Source: a virus
Taxonomy: Duplodnaviria > Heunggongvirae > Uroviricota > Caudoviricetes
Strand: one strand, 5' to 3'
DNA length: 64,000 nt
IMG/VR virus record: IMGVR_UViG_2778261352_000001
Location: 1,199-65,198 of that record
Made by a program: the position numbers and the translations under genes. How positions within the stretch are numbered: the stretch's first letter is position 1; each line of letters begins with the position of its first letter. Below are positions 20,702 through 31,077 of this stretch, one piece after another. The notes below the pieces were generated by a model, which was given only the letters and a program-made list of their open reading frames with translations, searched no databases and was not told the DNA's origin.

Positions 20702-23700
20702 ATGAACAAGCTATCTATGGGGGTGTTTCGCTGTTCAAGTGTCAGCGAAATATTGAAATATATTAGGGCAATAACATCTCACCGAGCGCCGATTAGATAC
20801 GGCGTGGAAAAGGTGGAAGGCAAAAGCTATGACCGACTGCGCCGGGAGGCGAATCAGAAGGCGATAGATTTGCTTAATTCACTGGTGGACGGCGCGACAC
20901 TGACAGATGAACAGCGCCAGATCCTGGCTGGGTACACCGGTGAAGGCGGCATTGGCGGGTCCGTCTCCGAATATTACACACCAAAGCCTATCGCTGAAGG
21001 CGTCTGGGAGATCATGAAGCTCTATGGCGCGGACGTAGGTAACACTCTGGAACCATCGGCGGGCACCGGCGTTTTTAATGAGACAAAACCGGTTGGTACG
21101 GTGATGACCGCGACTGAGATCAGCAGTGTTTCCGGTCGTATAAACCAGCTGTTACATCCGGAAGACAGCGTACAGATTTCCCCGTTCGAACAGCTGGCTA
21201 TAAGCACACCTAACGATTCATTCGACCATGTTGTGGGTAACGTTCCGTTCGGCGGTCGTGATAACACACGCAACATCGATAAGCCTTACGCAGAAGAAAC
21301 GGATATGGGGTCTTACTTCATGCTCCGCATGCTGGACAAGATAAAGCCAGGCGGATTCATGTGTGTGATTGTGCCGCCGTCCATTGTTTCAGGTTCAAAC
21401 ATGAAGCGGTTGCGCCTGCGCCTATCCCGTAAAGCTGAATTTCTTGGTGCCCACCGCTTGCCTACCGGTACTTTTGACGCAAACGGGACCAGTACGGTCG
21501 TTGACGTGGTGCTGATGCGCAAACATCCGGCGGAGATGGCTGAGAAAATCCCCCTGGTGGATGAAGGCACTCTTGAATCGGCAAATGTGCTTTGGCCAAC
21601 GTTTATTTCTGGCAAGTGGTTTGAAAAGGACGGCCGCCGGTTTGTTCATGGCACCCAGGAGAAGGGATTCCAGGGGCGTATTGAGGTTCGTGCCGACGGG
21701 CAGATTGATAACCAGGCTCTTAAAGCGAAGCTGATTCATCGTTTCGAAAGTCGTATCGACTGGTCTTTGCTCGATATGGCTGAACCGTCACCGACAGCAG
21801 ACGTTGTTGGTGAAGGGGAAATGCGCCTGATTAATGGCGTATGGCAAAAATATGCTGGTGGTCGCTGGATTGAAGCTGATGCCGGGAAGGAACTTAAGAT
21901 CGATGCTGCCAGTTATGGCGCGGATAGCTGGGAGGCTCTTCAGCGTAACCTGACTACAACAGAAGGCCGTCTCGGCATGACATTTACCCAGATGGCAAAT
22001 GTCCGCGATAAGTACACCACATCAATCAGCGACGATATGGTGCAGCTGGTGGACTGGATTAACAGCCAGCCTGAAAAATACCGTGAACGCTTGTATCGCG
22101 GGGCGATGATTGGCCGGATGTTAATTGAATATCAGGATATGAAGGCCGCCGGGCATAGTGCTGAACAAATCGAACAGCAGCGCCTTTCCCTGGTATCCCG
22201 TTTGCAGGCAGAGATTGACCGTTTTGGTAACCCCGGTCGCGGTCCGATAGCGAAATTATCGGGGAGCGGTGCGCGCGCCTGGTTTGCTTTCCGTGGTGCA
22301 ATTAAGCTGGATGGCACTATTTCTGACGAGCTGACAGGAAAGCTGGTTACGCATGATTCCAGCGCCAGTTATGACTCCACCAGCTATCAGGACACCCTGC
22401 GTTATCTCTACAGTGATCTCACTCGCGATCCAATCCAGCTCGATGATTTCCGCCTTGCGTTTACCGGCGAACTGCCAGCCAGTGATGACGAGTTGCTTAA
22501 TTTATTGGCTAGCACCCCTGGCATTGCGGTTTCACCGTATGGCGGGATTGTTCCGTTTGCCCGCGCCACCAGCGGCGACATTAACGAGATAGTGGCTCCA
22601 AAACAGGAATTCCTCGCCACGCTCCCCGACGGTCCAGTAAAGAACAACGTCCTTAATCAGCTGGCAGCGATCGAAGAGAAGCGCATCAAGACGCCAGCAG
22701 AGAATATCCGGTTTAAGCTCAATAGCCGTTGGTTTGACCGTTCCGTCATCCTGGAGTTTTTGCAGGAAAACGGCTATCCGGATCTGCGCTATGTGCAGTC
22801 AGTGCAGCTGGAAGGCGACGAAATGGTTTCTGACACCTATCACGGTGGTGATGGTCTGTTCGTCGGACACCGATACGGTGTCGTCCAGCGCAAGGATAAA
22901 GAAACAGGCGAGATCCGCTACGAGTGGGACCGTAAATCAGGTGAAAACGCGACCGGGTTCCCGGCACAGCTGGAAAAGTATCTCAATGGTGCGCGTATCG
23001 GTGGCAAAGATAGCGCGACGGCGAACGGCTACCGCGAGCAGATGGCACTGCTTGAGGACCAGTTCAATAAGTGGATAAAGACACACGATCGCTACGATGA
23101 GCTGGTTGCCAAATACAACGATGTTTTCAATAGCAATATTCCGTATGAACACTCTGGCGATCCGCTTGGGTTGAAGGGATTAAGCGGTAAGCGCCAGCCA
23201 TTTGATTACCAGAATAGCGAGGTGCGACGACTGTCTGAAGATGGGCGCGGCATCCTGGGCTTCGGCACCGGGCTGGGTAAAACGACGACCGCGCTGGCGC
23301 TTGAGGCGTTCAACTATGAGAACGGTCGCTCCACCCGTACTGCGTATGTAGTGCCTAAATCAGTGCTGGAAAACTGGTATTACGAAGCAAAAGAGTTCCT
23401 GAGTGAAGAGGCATTCAGTAACTACCTGTTCGTCGGTCTTGATGTGCTGATGGATGGCGATCAGATTCGCCAGGTGCCGGTACTCGATGAGAACGGTAAA
23501 CCTGTCCTTGGTACTGATGGCACTCCAGTGATGCGTGATGCTCTTAAACTGGCAGATGAAGCCACTATCACGGCGCGAATGAACTCGATCCCGCACTCAA
23601 ATTACCGTGCAGTCGTGTTTACCAAAGAACAATACGCCCGCATTCCGCTACGTGATGACACCGTGGATGAGCATGCACAGGATATGCTTTATGACTTCGT

Positions 23701-26700
23701 TGCCGCCGGGCGCGTAGCCAGCGCAATGGATTCCGATTCCCATCGCAAAGAGGCGGCGCGTCGCCGGGTATTGTCGGAGTATTCAGATACCGGTACCGAA
23801 AAAGCAGAGAAGTATCCGTACTTTGAAGATATGGGCTTCGACAGCGTGATCGCCGACGAAGGCCACAACTACCGCAATAGCTATAAAAATGGTCGCGAAG
23901 CGTCACAGCTGGCCTATCTGCCCACCAGCGCGGTAGCGCAATCGGCGCGAGATATGGCAATCAAAAACGCGTACCTGATGAAAAAGAATGGCGGGCGCGG
24001 ACCGGTTCTCCTGACTGCAACACCAGTCGTTAACACCCCGATCGATGCATACAACATGCTCTCTCATGTTCTGCCGAAGGAATACTGGCAGAAGATGGGG
24101 ATCTACGGTCCTGATGACTTCGTTAAATTCTTCGGCAAGACCAGGCTGGAAACGGTACAGAAAATCAGCGGTGAAGTTGAAGAAAAAATGGCGCTGGTGG
24201 GCTTTGAAAACCTTGATGCGCTGCGCGGTATATTCCATCGCTGGGTAACGCTTAAAACGGCGGAAGACGTTAAGGATACCGTGGAGATCCCGGAGCTGGA
24301 CGAACACCAGCAGGATGCACCACTTACTGAAGAACAACTGGCGGCGTATGAAGAATTGCGTCAGCAGGCGGAAGCGGCAGCCAAAGCCAACAATGGCGTA
24401 ACGTCCTCGGTCAATGAAGACGGTGTGATTGAGCACGAGAAAGCCCGTCCGATCTTCTCAATAATCAGGGATATGGACCGCGTATGTACTGACATGGACC
24501 TGTACTATCGCCGGATCACCTATCGTTTCCTGCCGGAGTACGCCGATGCGGTGCAGCAGCTGGCGGACAGTTTGCCTAAACAAGCCACCAGCGAAGACGA
24601 CGACAGTGATGATTCTATCACGCAGCAATCGCAATACTCCCTGATAGATAAGGGCGAGTTTATTCAGTTGCAGGTTCCGGAAGCGTTCGAGCAGGAAGTG
24701 AATAAGCGCCTGGCCAGGTTTGGCATTGACGAACAGACCGTTACTCACCCCGTTACGCCCAAATACGCGAAGCTGATCGCCACGCTGAAGGAGTTTTTTC
24801 CGGAAGGTAAGCAAATCATCTTCACCGATGAAAAAACGCAGCACCAGAAGCTCAAGCGCATTATCTGCAATGCTCTTAACCTTGAACCTTCAAAGGTGGG
24901 GATCCTGAATGCTCAGACGGTTGCCGAGGCAGGTAAAACCGGTAAGAAACTGAAAGCGGTTAAACCGCCGAAAGAGTTACCGGATGAACCAACAGATGCA
25001 CAGATAGCGAAATACAACGAGCAAATGGCTCTGTATGACGCCTATATCGCGCAGCAAAATGAAATGTCGCTGGGCGGGCTGGAAAAGATTGCTGCCGACT
25101 TCCAGGAGGGCCGGACTCCGATCATCATCTGCAACAAAAAGGCAGAGGTGGGTATCAACCTGCATCGAGGAACGACTGACATCCATCATCTGACGTTGCC
25201 ATGGACACCAGCCAGTATCGCACAGCGTAACGGTCGCGGTGCCCGAGTTGGCTCCAACCGTGCAAGCGTTCGCGTTCACTACTACTGCGGCAAGGGTTCT
25301 TTCGATGAATATCGACTGAAGACGCTGAAGCGTAAAGCAGGCTGGATCTCCGATATCCTCCGTTCAGATAAGTCAGAAATGGAGAACGCCGACGCCAATG
25401 ATATGATCGAAATGCAGATGTATACCGCGAAGGATGACGGCGAACGTCTGGCAATGATGCAGGTTCAAATGGATAAGGCGAAAGCCGCGCAACGCGCTCG
25501 CCAGAAAGAACAGGCTACTATCGACATTCAGAACTACATCAAGGCGCAGCACGCAGCTGGTGAGGATGTGGAGGTACTTACCGCTGAATTAGAGCGAAGC
25601 AAAGCGGAACTTGAAAAGACCACCGCCGAGGTAGCTAAATTCAAACAGGCGGTAATGGCCAAAGCAGCTGATAACGCAGACTGGAAAGCCCGCTGGGGTA
25701 GCGTCCATCACACAGACCGTACGTTGTTAGCACAGTATCGCGCGTCGTTGAAAAGCGCCATTCAGCGCAAGGCTAATATCTCTCAAGCCATCTCCCGCTA
25801 TGAGAAATTATTGAACCGTACTCAGAAGGCCGCGACGGATATCAAACGCCTGCGCCCGCTGGTGGAGGATGCAATAAATAAAGGCATTCTGGATGTTGAT
25901 CCTGACCTGGTTAACCATGCGAGTGAGTTCCTTGTTATCGGCGATCGCTCATGGCGTGTAGGCCAATACTACGATTGTGCCGGTGATATCGTTCGCATTA
26001 AGTCGCTGGACTTCGACAGCCAGCGCGCAGACGTGGAGATCATCTTTACCTTAAAAGGCACCAAATCGGGTAACTGGGATGTGAAGACGCTGGATAAACA
26101 GGTTGATGTAACTCCCGATGAAGATGCTGTTATACAGAAAATCAGTGGTGGCGTCTCCATCGCCGGGATTAACGACATCATTTCCTGTGACGATTTCTAC
26201 CGTTTCCAGCAGCGCGGCATGATCAAAATCACTGACTCGTACGGCATCCAGACTACAGAGTCAGGCTACAGCATTGATTTTGTTGGTACCTATACTGATC
26301 CACTGAAGCATGCGGTTTATCCGGATCGCCGTGACGGAGCGCTGAAGTCGTCAATTGCAAAATGGGTGCTTGGTATGATGTCGGAAGGGAATAACCGCCA
26401 GGTCCGTTTGGCAGAAGCATTCCTGGTTGAACTGTTTGGTTCCAATTATGGCGATGTAATCGCGTCATACGGAGATACGCTATCCCCTGAAGCAATTCAG
26501 GAGAACATAGCGGATGCGATCGCAAAAATGCCGGAGAAAACAAGCCAGGGGGCTACTCGTAACGGGGATTCAGAACTTGAAGTCACCAATGCCATTTTCG
26601 GTACCAATGAGTTCCGGGCGTCAGATTATGAGATCACCACAGCACAGTTTGGCACCATTGGCATTTACAGTAATAAAGACGAGATCAAGCAGGCAATGGA

Positions 26701-27469
26701 CGCAGCAAGTGCGCGCATTGCAGCAGAACGGAAAGCCAATCTGAATCATGCAGTTGCCGCGCTGACTCAATCGTGGGTAACAGCAATCAGGGAGGCCGCC
26801 ACCACAGGAAAAATCACACCGGCAATTGCGGATGTCGTAAACGACGGCTCTAAATTTATGGATGCCTATAAAATGGATGCGGTGCAGTTGCCATCAGCCT
26901 ATGGCCAACTCAGCTATCGCATGACCTACAACCTGGTATCAATGTTTTCCGACCTTGCCATCCTTGGGCTGGTGGACCTTAACGAGGTTACGCCGGAATT
27001 GCTCAGCATGCGCAAGAACCATGTGGAGATATTGCACAGAATTAACACGGTACTTTCCGGGCGCACCGATGAAGAGAAACAGGCAGACGCTGATCGGATA
27101 AACCTGGCCCTTGGCAACATCACGGAGGAAGAAATTGCCGCCAGAAACGAGAAACAAGAAGAGTTATCATCAATACAGGGTGATGCCACCAGCATAGCTC
27201 AGTCTCTTGGTCTGAATTATCGCGTATCCACCGCCGACCTGAAGATGATGTACGCACCAAAATTCGCCGCTGGCGAGGTATTTGGGCTTCAGGAGGCGTC
27301 CGGCATGAAAGGCATTCTTTTCCGTGCGAAAGACGCAATCAAGGCGAAATTCGGCGCTCGCTGGCTGCCAGCGAAGGCAAAGAACAGCGATTTCCCGGGT
27401 AACTGGTGGATTATCGAGACAAAACACAACGTGGCGGACGTTCTGACCGTCATCCAACAATACGCATAA
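20702..27469 (+). CDS. darB: DarB antirestriction protein (N6-adenine methyltransferase plus helicase domains)
   Basis: 2255 aa; NVPFGG MTase motif, Walker A GFGTGLGKTT, DEGHNY box; size equals P1 DarB. Confidence 0.85.
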   Translation: MNKLSMGVFRCSSVSEILKYIRAITSHRAPIRYGVEKVEGKSYDRLRREANQKAIDLLNSLVDGATLTDEQRQILAGYTGEGGIGGSVSEYYTPKPIAEGVWEIMKLYGADVGNTLEPSAGTGVFNETKPVGTVMTATEISSVSGRINQLLHPEDSVQISPFEQLAISTPNDSFDHVVGNVPFGGRDNTRNIDKPYAEETDMGSYFMLRMLDKIKPGGFMCVIVPPSIVSGSNMKRLRLRLSRKAEFLGAHRLPTGTFDANGTSTVVDVVLMRKHPAEMAEKIPLVDEGTLESANVLWPTFISGKWFEKDGRRFVHGTQEKGFQGRIEVRADGQIDNQALKAKLIHRFESRIDWSLLDMAEPSPTADVVGEGEMRLINGVWQKYAGGRWIEADAGKELKIDAASYGADSWEALQRNLTTTEGRLGMTFTQMANVRDKYTTSISDDMVQLVDWINSQPEKYRERLYRGAMIGRMLIEYQDMKAAGHSAEQIEQQRLSLVSRLQAEIDRFGNPGRGPIAKLSGSGARAWFAFRGAIKLDGTISDELTGKLVTHDSSASYDSTSYQDTLRYLYSDLTRDPIQLDDFRLAFTGELPASDDELLNLLASTPGIAVSPYGGIVPFARATSGDINEIVAPKQEFLATLPDGPVKNNVLNQLAAIEEKRIKTPAENIRFKLNSRWFDRSVILEFLQENGYPDLRYVQSVQLEGDEMVSDTYHGGDGLFVGHRYGVVQRKDKETGEIRYEWDRKSGENATGFPAQLEKYLNGARIGGKDSATANGYREQMALLEDQFNKWIKTHDRYDELVAKYNDVFNSNIPYEHSGDPLGLKGLSGKRQPFDYQNSEVRRLSEDGRGILGFGTGLGKTTTALALEAFNYENGRSTRTAYVVPKSVLENWYYEAKEFLSEEAFSNYLFVGLDVLMDGDQIRQVPVLDENGKPVLGTDGTPVMRDALKLADEATITARMNSIPHSNYRAVVFTKEQYARIPLRDDTVDEHAQDMLYDFVAAGRVASAMDSDSHRKEAARRRVLSEYSDTGTEKAEKYPYFEDMGFDSVIADEGHNYRNSYKNGREASQLAYLPTSAVAQSARDMAIKNAYLMKKNGGRGPVLLTATPVVNTPIDAYNMLSHVLPKEYWQKMGIYGPDDFVKFFGKTRLETVQKISGEVEEKMALVGFENLDALRGIFHRWVTLKTAEDVKDTVEIPELDEHQQDAPLTEEQLAAYEELRQQAEAAAKANNGVTSSVNEDGVIEHEKARPIFSIIRDMDRVCTDMDLYYRRITYRFLPEYADAVQQLADSLPKQATSEDDDSDDSITQQSQYSLIDKGEFIQLQVPEAFEQEVNKRLARFGIDEQTVTHPVTPKYAKLIATLKEFFPEGKQIIFTDEKTQHQKLKRIICNALNLEPSKVGILNAQTVAEAGKTGKKLKAVKPPKELPDEPTDAQIAKYNEQMALYDAYIAQQNEMSLGGLEKIAADFQEGRTPIIICNKKAEVGINLHRGTTDIHHLTLPWTPASIAQRNGRGARVGSNRASVRVHYYCGKGSFDEYRLKTLKRKAGWISDILRSDKSEMENADANDMIEMQMYTAKDDGERLAMMQVQMDKAKAAQRARQKEQATIDIQNYIKAQHAAGEDVEVLTAELERSKAELEKTTAEVAKFKQAVMAKAADNADWKARWGSVHHTDRTLLAQYRASLKSAIQRKANISQAISRYEKLLNRTQKAATDIKRLRPLVEDAINKGILDVDPDLVNHASEFLVIGDRSWRVGQYYDCAGDIVRIKSLDFDSQRADVEIIFTLKGTKSGNWDVKTLDKQVDVTPDEDAVIQKISGGVSIAGINDIISCDDFYRFQQRGMIKITDSYGIQTTESGYSIDFVGTYTDPLKHAVYPDRRDGALKSSIAKWVLGMMSEGNNRQVRLAEAFLVELFGSNYGDVIASYGDTLSPEAIQENIADAIAKMPEKTSQGATRNGDSELEVTNAIFGTNEFRASDYEITTAQFGTIGIYSNKDEIKQAMDAASARIAAERKANLNHAVAALTQSWVTAIREAATTGKITPAIADVVNDGSKFMDAYKMDAVQLPSAYGQLSYRMTYNLVSMFSDLAILGLVDLNEVTPELLSMRKNHVEILHRINTVLSGRTDEEKQADADRINLALGNITEEEIAARNEKQEELSSIQGDATSIAQSLGLNYRVSTADLKMMYAPKFAAGEVFGLQEASGMKGILFRAKDAIKAKFGARWLPAKAKNSDFPGNWWIIETKHNVADVLTVIQQYA

Positions 27470-27502
27470 CAGGAGCGCCCGGTTCGCCGGGCGTCGCATA
27501 AT

Positions 27503-27943
27503 ATGGCCACACTATCTGATACAATAAAACCGAATAAAACATATCTTGAGGCGGTACTGCGTACGGCGTTGTTAGGAAAGACAGAAGACGAATACGTTGA
27601 TTTCTTCCTGTCAGGGCTACGCGGGCGATTACTGAAAAATCCCCGCCTGTACCGCAGCTATGGTCCATACTGGCCGGAAATTAAAAAATTATTACTGGAG
27701 CGCGGTTATGGTAATTTCGGTCGTCTCGTTGACCGTGACGTTCGCAAAATTTACCGTTATGACCGCCCGGCGCTAACACTCATAGCCGCGACGCTCTACA
27801 GCCAGGAGCGTTTTGATAATGGTCAGATATACTCAGCCTGGCACTTACTGCCAGTGCCTGAAGAAGTTGACGACCAGGACTATGAGTTTGAGTCTTACGA
27901 TTTGGAAGTTGAAGCCTTGGCACAGGCTGGAGAGAAAACTTGA
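27503..27943 (+). CDS. ulx: Ulx-like protein
   Basis: 146 aa, directly downstream of darB, ATGA-coupled to next gene. Confidence 0.4.
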   Translation: MATLSDTIKPNKTYLEAVLRTALLGKTEDEYVDFFLSGLRGRLLKNPRLYRSYGPYWPEIKKLLLERGYGNFGRLVDRDVRKIYRYDRPALTLIAATLYSQERFDNGQIYSAWHLLPVPEEVDDQDYEFESYDLEVEALAQAGEKT

Positions 27944-28188
27944 AAAAGCGATACTACACAGTAAAGCATGGGACGCTACGAGCATTACAAGAGTTTGCTG
28001 ACAAGCATAACGTTGAGGTGCGCAGGGAAGGGGGAAGTAAAGCTCTGCGCATGTACCGTCCGGACGGGAAATGGCGTACGGTCGTCGATTTCAAAACTAA
28101 CAGTGTTCCCCAGGGTGTCCGCGATCGGGCATTCGAAGAATGGGAGCAGATCATCATAGATAACGCATTGCTTCTCAATGCTGATTGA
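27940..28188 (+). CDS. lxc: Lxc-like small protein
   Basis: 82 aa, position and size as P1 lxc. Confidence 0.4.
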   Translation: MKKRYYTVKHGTLRALQEFADKHNVEVRREGGSKALRMYRPDGKWRTVVDFKTNSVPQGVRDRAFEEWEQIIIDNALLLNAD

Positions 28189-28270
28189 GTTTTGTTGGCC
28201 CGGTTTGCACCGGGCGTTTCACAAACAATCAACTGGTTTGTAATTCCTGCGGCGAGATGGATTATTTATA

Positions 28271-28879
28271 TTATTGTGGTGCCGATGATGCGATAGCCTG
28301 CATGATGTTATCAATATCGTTATCGTTCAGCATGAATATAGGTACACCATTAGAGTTTGCATTTTTTTCAGTGCTCATCAAACAAAGCCCCTCATACATG
28401 CCGCGCGTTTTTTTGAAATTGGCGACTGATGGAGTGGTGTAATTTCCTTTAAAGTGCATTCCGGCTGATTCATAAAAAGGAACCAAATCAGACTGGCAAA
28501 TCAAAGCAACCTCATTTGGAAATGCAAGTATTTCTGCCAGTATATTACTTCCAAGTCCATTACCACGATATTGCTCATATACATATATTTTGTGACAGTA
28601 CAACGGAAAATTACCCGATGGATGTCCGAAGATTAAGGCGTATCCGAACAAGTTTTCTTCATTAGTAAAGCCCATAATGCGCAAATGACCGGCTCGGTAA
28701 CACTCTTCAAATACGTTAATTATGTAGTTTCTCGCTGCTTTCAGCTCCTCTTCTGTCGCAAACATCATCAACCCCATAAGCGATGGAGTATAGGCCAGAT
28801 CCTGAAGAATCCCATTAGCTTCATTTTCGAAAATAAGCGGTAAGCGCGGTTCAATTTCATTTGCCGAGGTATTAGACAT
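28271..28879 (-). CDS. GNAT-family N-acetyltransferase
   Basis: Motif A QYRGNGLGSNIL; gene and upstream region markedly AT-rich relative to flanks. Confidence 0.7.
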   Translation of the reverse strand: MSNTSANEIEPRLPLIFENEANGILQDLAYTPSLMGLMMFATEEELKAARNYIINVFEECYRAGHLRIMGFTNEENLFGYALIFGHPSGNFPLYCHKIYVYEQYRGNGLGSNILAEILAFPNEVALICQSDLVPFYESAGMHFKGNYTTPSVANFKKTRGMYEGLCLMSTEKNANSNGVPIFMLNDNDIDNIMQAIASSAPQ

Positions 28880-28885
28880 AGTATG

Positions 28886-28913
28886 ATGAGTCCTTTGTTT
28901 TCAAAGGACTCAT
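28886..28913. promoter_or_regulatory. perfect inverted repeat overlapping the predicted SD of the GNAT gene
   Basis: ATGAGTCCTTTG-tttt-CAAAGGACTCAT, 7-34 nt upstream of GNAT start. Confidence 0.4.
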
Positions 28914-29077
28914 GTTATCAGTGATAATCGTTTGTTGTAATACTGTTGATAAAATAATTTTCTATTATGTAAGCAAGCTCATTTTTATGACGGGTAATGC
29001 AAAAAAATAGAATCAAAAAACTAAAAAAATAATAATTCATAGGGTTTTACACCATCAAAAGTCCCCGCCATAAATTA

Positions 29078-29788
29078 TTAGAAATAATTACGCGTGCCTG
29101 TTAATACCCCTTTCGGCACTTTTTTTTGTTCTAGTGTCTGGGTGCCCAGAATTATGTTAATCAGAGGGCTTAGTAACGATGGTTCCTGGCGTGCCTCAAC
29201 TTCTCCAGCCATTGCCCTGATGTAGTCGGCGCTGGCAACGTTGTTGTATTCCGTCGCAAAGCAACATAGTAACGTCAGAACATGCTCTGTCGTTATTTCG
29301 CTCCAGTTGATGTTGAAAAATTCATCGCCTTTTTTATCGTGTTCGGAATCGAAGATGCTTTGGTGGAGGATGTATTTGCCGGATTCCTTGCGCGGTAACT
29401 TGATTGCTTTCTGGCGTTCCAGCTCCTTATAAATCTGCATTGCCTCAATTAGTACCGGCCTGCCGTTCATGAAGGGATCGCGCAACCTTACACGCTGGCC
29501 AACTCGACCAGTAATAAAGCTGTTTTCCTCTTCCACCAGCACGATAAAACCCTTTTCCTCTTTTTCTCGCAATTCGCGCAGCAGCTGGAGTTCCATATCG
29601 CGGCGGCGTTCAGGGTAGCTGGTCCGCTCAGCCATTATCAGCTCGTTATTGATCCATGCAGCAGTCATTGACGCCGGTTTGCCGACGCTCATCGAAACAA
29701 CGCATATTTTCTTATCCATAGCGCCCCTACAAAAAAGAAAAGCCACCAGCGGCGGCTTAGCAATACAACTGAAGGTAGCGCCCGGCAC
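29078..29788 (-). CDS. hypothetical protein (Mat position in P1 order)
   Basis: 236 aa ORF (possible start at internal MDKK, 29719). Confidence 0.4.
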   Translation of the reverse strand: MPGATFSCIAKPPLVAFLFCRGAMDKKICVVSMSVGKPASMTAAWINNELIMAERTSYPERRRDMELQLLRELREKEEKGFIVLVEEENSFITGRVGQRVRLRDPFMNGRPVLIEAMQIYKELERQKAIKLPRKESGKYILHQSIFDSEHDKKGDEFFNINWSEITTEHVLTLLCCFATEYNNVASADYIRAMAGEVEARQEPSLLSPLINIILGTQTLEQKKVPKGVLTGTRNYF

Positions 29789-29907
29789 TCAGACTGTGCC
29801 GTCCATGGAATATTTGAAAAGGGATCCATCCGTACCGGGCGTGTGATGATTCTGACTGAAGTCACTTGTCAGTTGTCAATCATTTATCATTAAAAATAAT
29901 ATATTTA

Positions 29908-30468
29908 TTAGTGCATGATGTTTGCCATCTCATAGGCGTCAGCCAGTAACTCCATCTCTGACTTGTTCAGCAGGGTGAATTCTTTCTTGCCTCCAACCAC
30001 ACCATCGGCATGAACAGGGACCAGCCAGGGGTATTTTGCTCTTACTTCAGCCGGTGCTGCATGCTGGTGGTGCCATCTACAAAGTGGCAATTGCTTTTTA
30101 TGACAACCCGGCGCGGTACGACCGGCGATATGGTGCAGAGACACCTCATTAGATATTACTCCATGCATATAGCAGGCAATGCAGGGGAGAGCGCCAAGAG
30201 CATTGGCGATGCGCCGTTCCTCCGCCGTTGGTGTTCTCCCCTTCAAGCCACGAGATTTTATTTTTACCGCGCTTTTCCGCGTTTTGCTGGCTGGTGGGCG
30301 CTCTTTCTGTTTAGCGATACGGCGGTCGATAGTATCCCGCATTTTCTGATATTGAGATTCTCGCCAGACCGGATCAGCCAACTTTTCCCGTTGCCGAGCG
30401 ATCGCTCGTTCTCTGGCTGCCTTCTGCCACTTGCGGCACTGTTCAATTTTTTGTTCGATTGTTTTCAT
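29908..30468 (-). CDS. ref: Ref HNH endonuclease (recombination enhancement function)
   Basis: 186 aa, basic N-terminus, HNH-like Cys/His cluster (..CIACYMHG..HH..CHKK..C..WHH..). Confidence 0.8.
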   Translation of the reverse strand: MKTIEQKIEQCRKWQKAARERAIARQREKLADPVWRESQYQKMRDTIDRRIAKQKERPPASKTRKSAVKIKSRGLKGRTPTAEERRIANALGALPCIACYMHGVISNEVSLHHIAGRTAPGCHKKQLPLCRWHHQHAAPAEVRAKYPWLVPVHADGVVGGKKEFTLLNKSEMELLADAYEMANIMH

Positions 30469-30566
30469 ATGGTCAAAAAAAAGGCGGCCTAATGGCCGCC
30501 TATGATGTCAAGGAGTTAAGTAATGGCACGTCTTCGTAGTTGACAAAAACTGCGGCTCAATTATAG

Positions 30567-30583
30567 CAATAAATTAGAGCAAT
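30567..30583. promoter_or_regulatory. C1 operator-like site upstream of ref (14/17)
   Basis: CAATAAATTAGAGCAAT. Confidence 0.5.
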
Positions 30584-30715
30584 TGTAGACATTTCATTTA
30601 TCGATAATCACATTTTTTCTCTTCAGTGCCTGTGTGCTATACTCCTTCTTGATTGATTGGATGCGGAATACAAACCCGCTCTTTTGTGCAGCCTGGCTCC
30701 TTGCCAGGCTTTTTT

Positions 30716-31027
30716 TTATTTCATCATGGAAGCTGTTAACGCTTTGGACCTTGCTGAACTGATTGAAAGGGCATTGTTTACCTTACCCAGGAGTTCGCCA
30801 AATTCCCCCATCACTCTAGTAAGCCCGCGCCGCGCTTCCTCCTCCGTTGCATTCATCACAAAATGTTCAGCACTCCGCATGCTTTTAACGGGGAACGCAA
30901 CAGATATCGAGTCGATATCAGGCATCCTATCGCTCAACTTTACGGTGACAATGACAGATGGTGACTGAATTTGAGAGCTTACAGACAGCACCACATATTT
31001 TCCGTCTATTTTGAATTCCTTCCGCAT
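30716..31027 (-). CDS. hypothetical protein downstream of cre (Cra position)
   Basis: 103 aa ORF. Confidence 0.4.
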   Translation of the reverse strand: MRKEFKIDGKYVVLSVSSQIQSPSVIVTVKLSDRMPDIDSISVAFPVKSMRSAEHFVMNATEEEARRGLTRVMGEFGELLGKVNNALSISSARSKALTASMMK

Positions 31028-31043
31028 GTGTCACCATAAATAT

Positions 31044-31060
31044 CAAATAATTAGAGCAAT
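31044..31060. promoter_or_regulatory. C1 operator-like site (14/17)
   Basis: CAAATAATTAGAGCAAT. Confidence 0.5.
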
Positions 31061-31077
31061 CAAGCGCAAATGAACGG

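Noticed and set aside
27473-27492. Hairpin GCGCCCGG-ttcg-CCGGGCG after darB as a terminator
   Set aside because: Not followed by a U-tract and immediately followed by the coupled ulx-like start; more likely a stable stem in an intercistronic region.
21022-27510. Numerous 60-180 aa ORFs on the minus strand within darB
   Set aside because: All lie antisense inside a 2255-codon gene with clear methyltransferase and helicase motifs; typical spurious antisense ORFs.
28189-29900. Search for type III restriction-modification (res/mod) genes expected between ref and lxc from the recalled P1 gene order
   Set aside because: No ORF of methyltransferase or restriction-subunit size or motif content exists here; interval is occupied by the GNAT gene and one 236-aa ORF.
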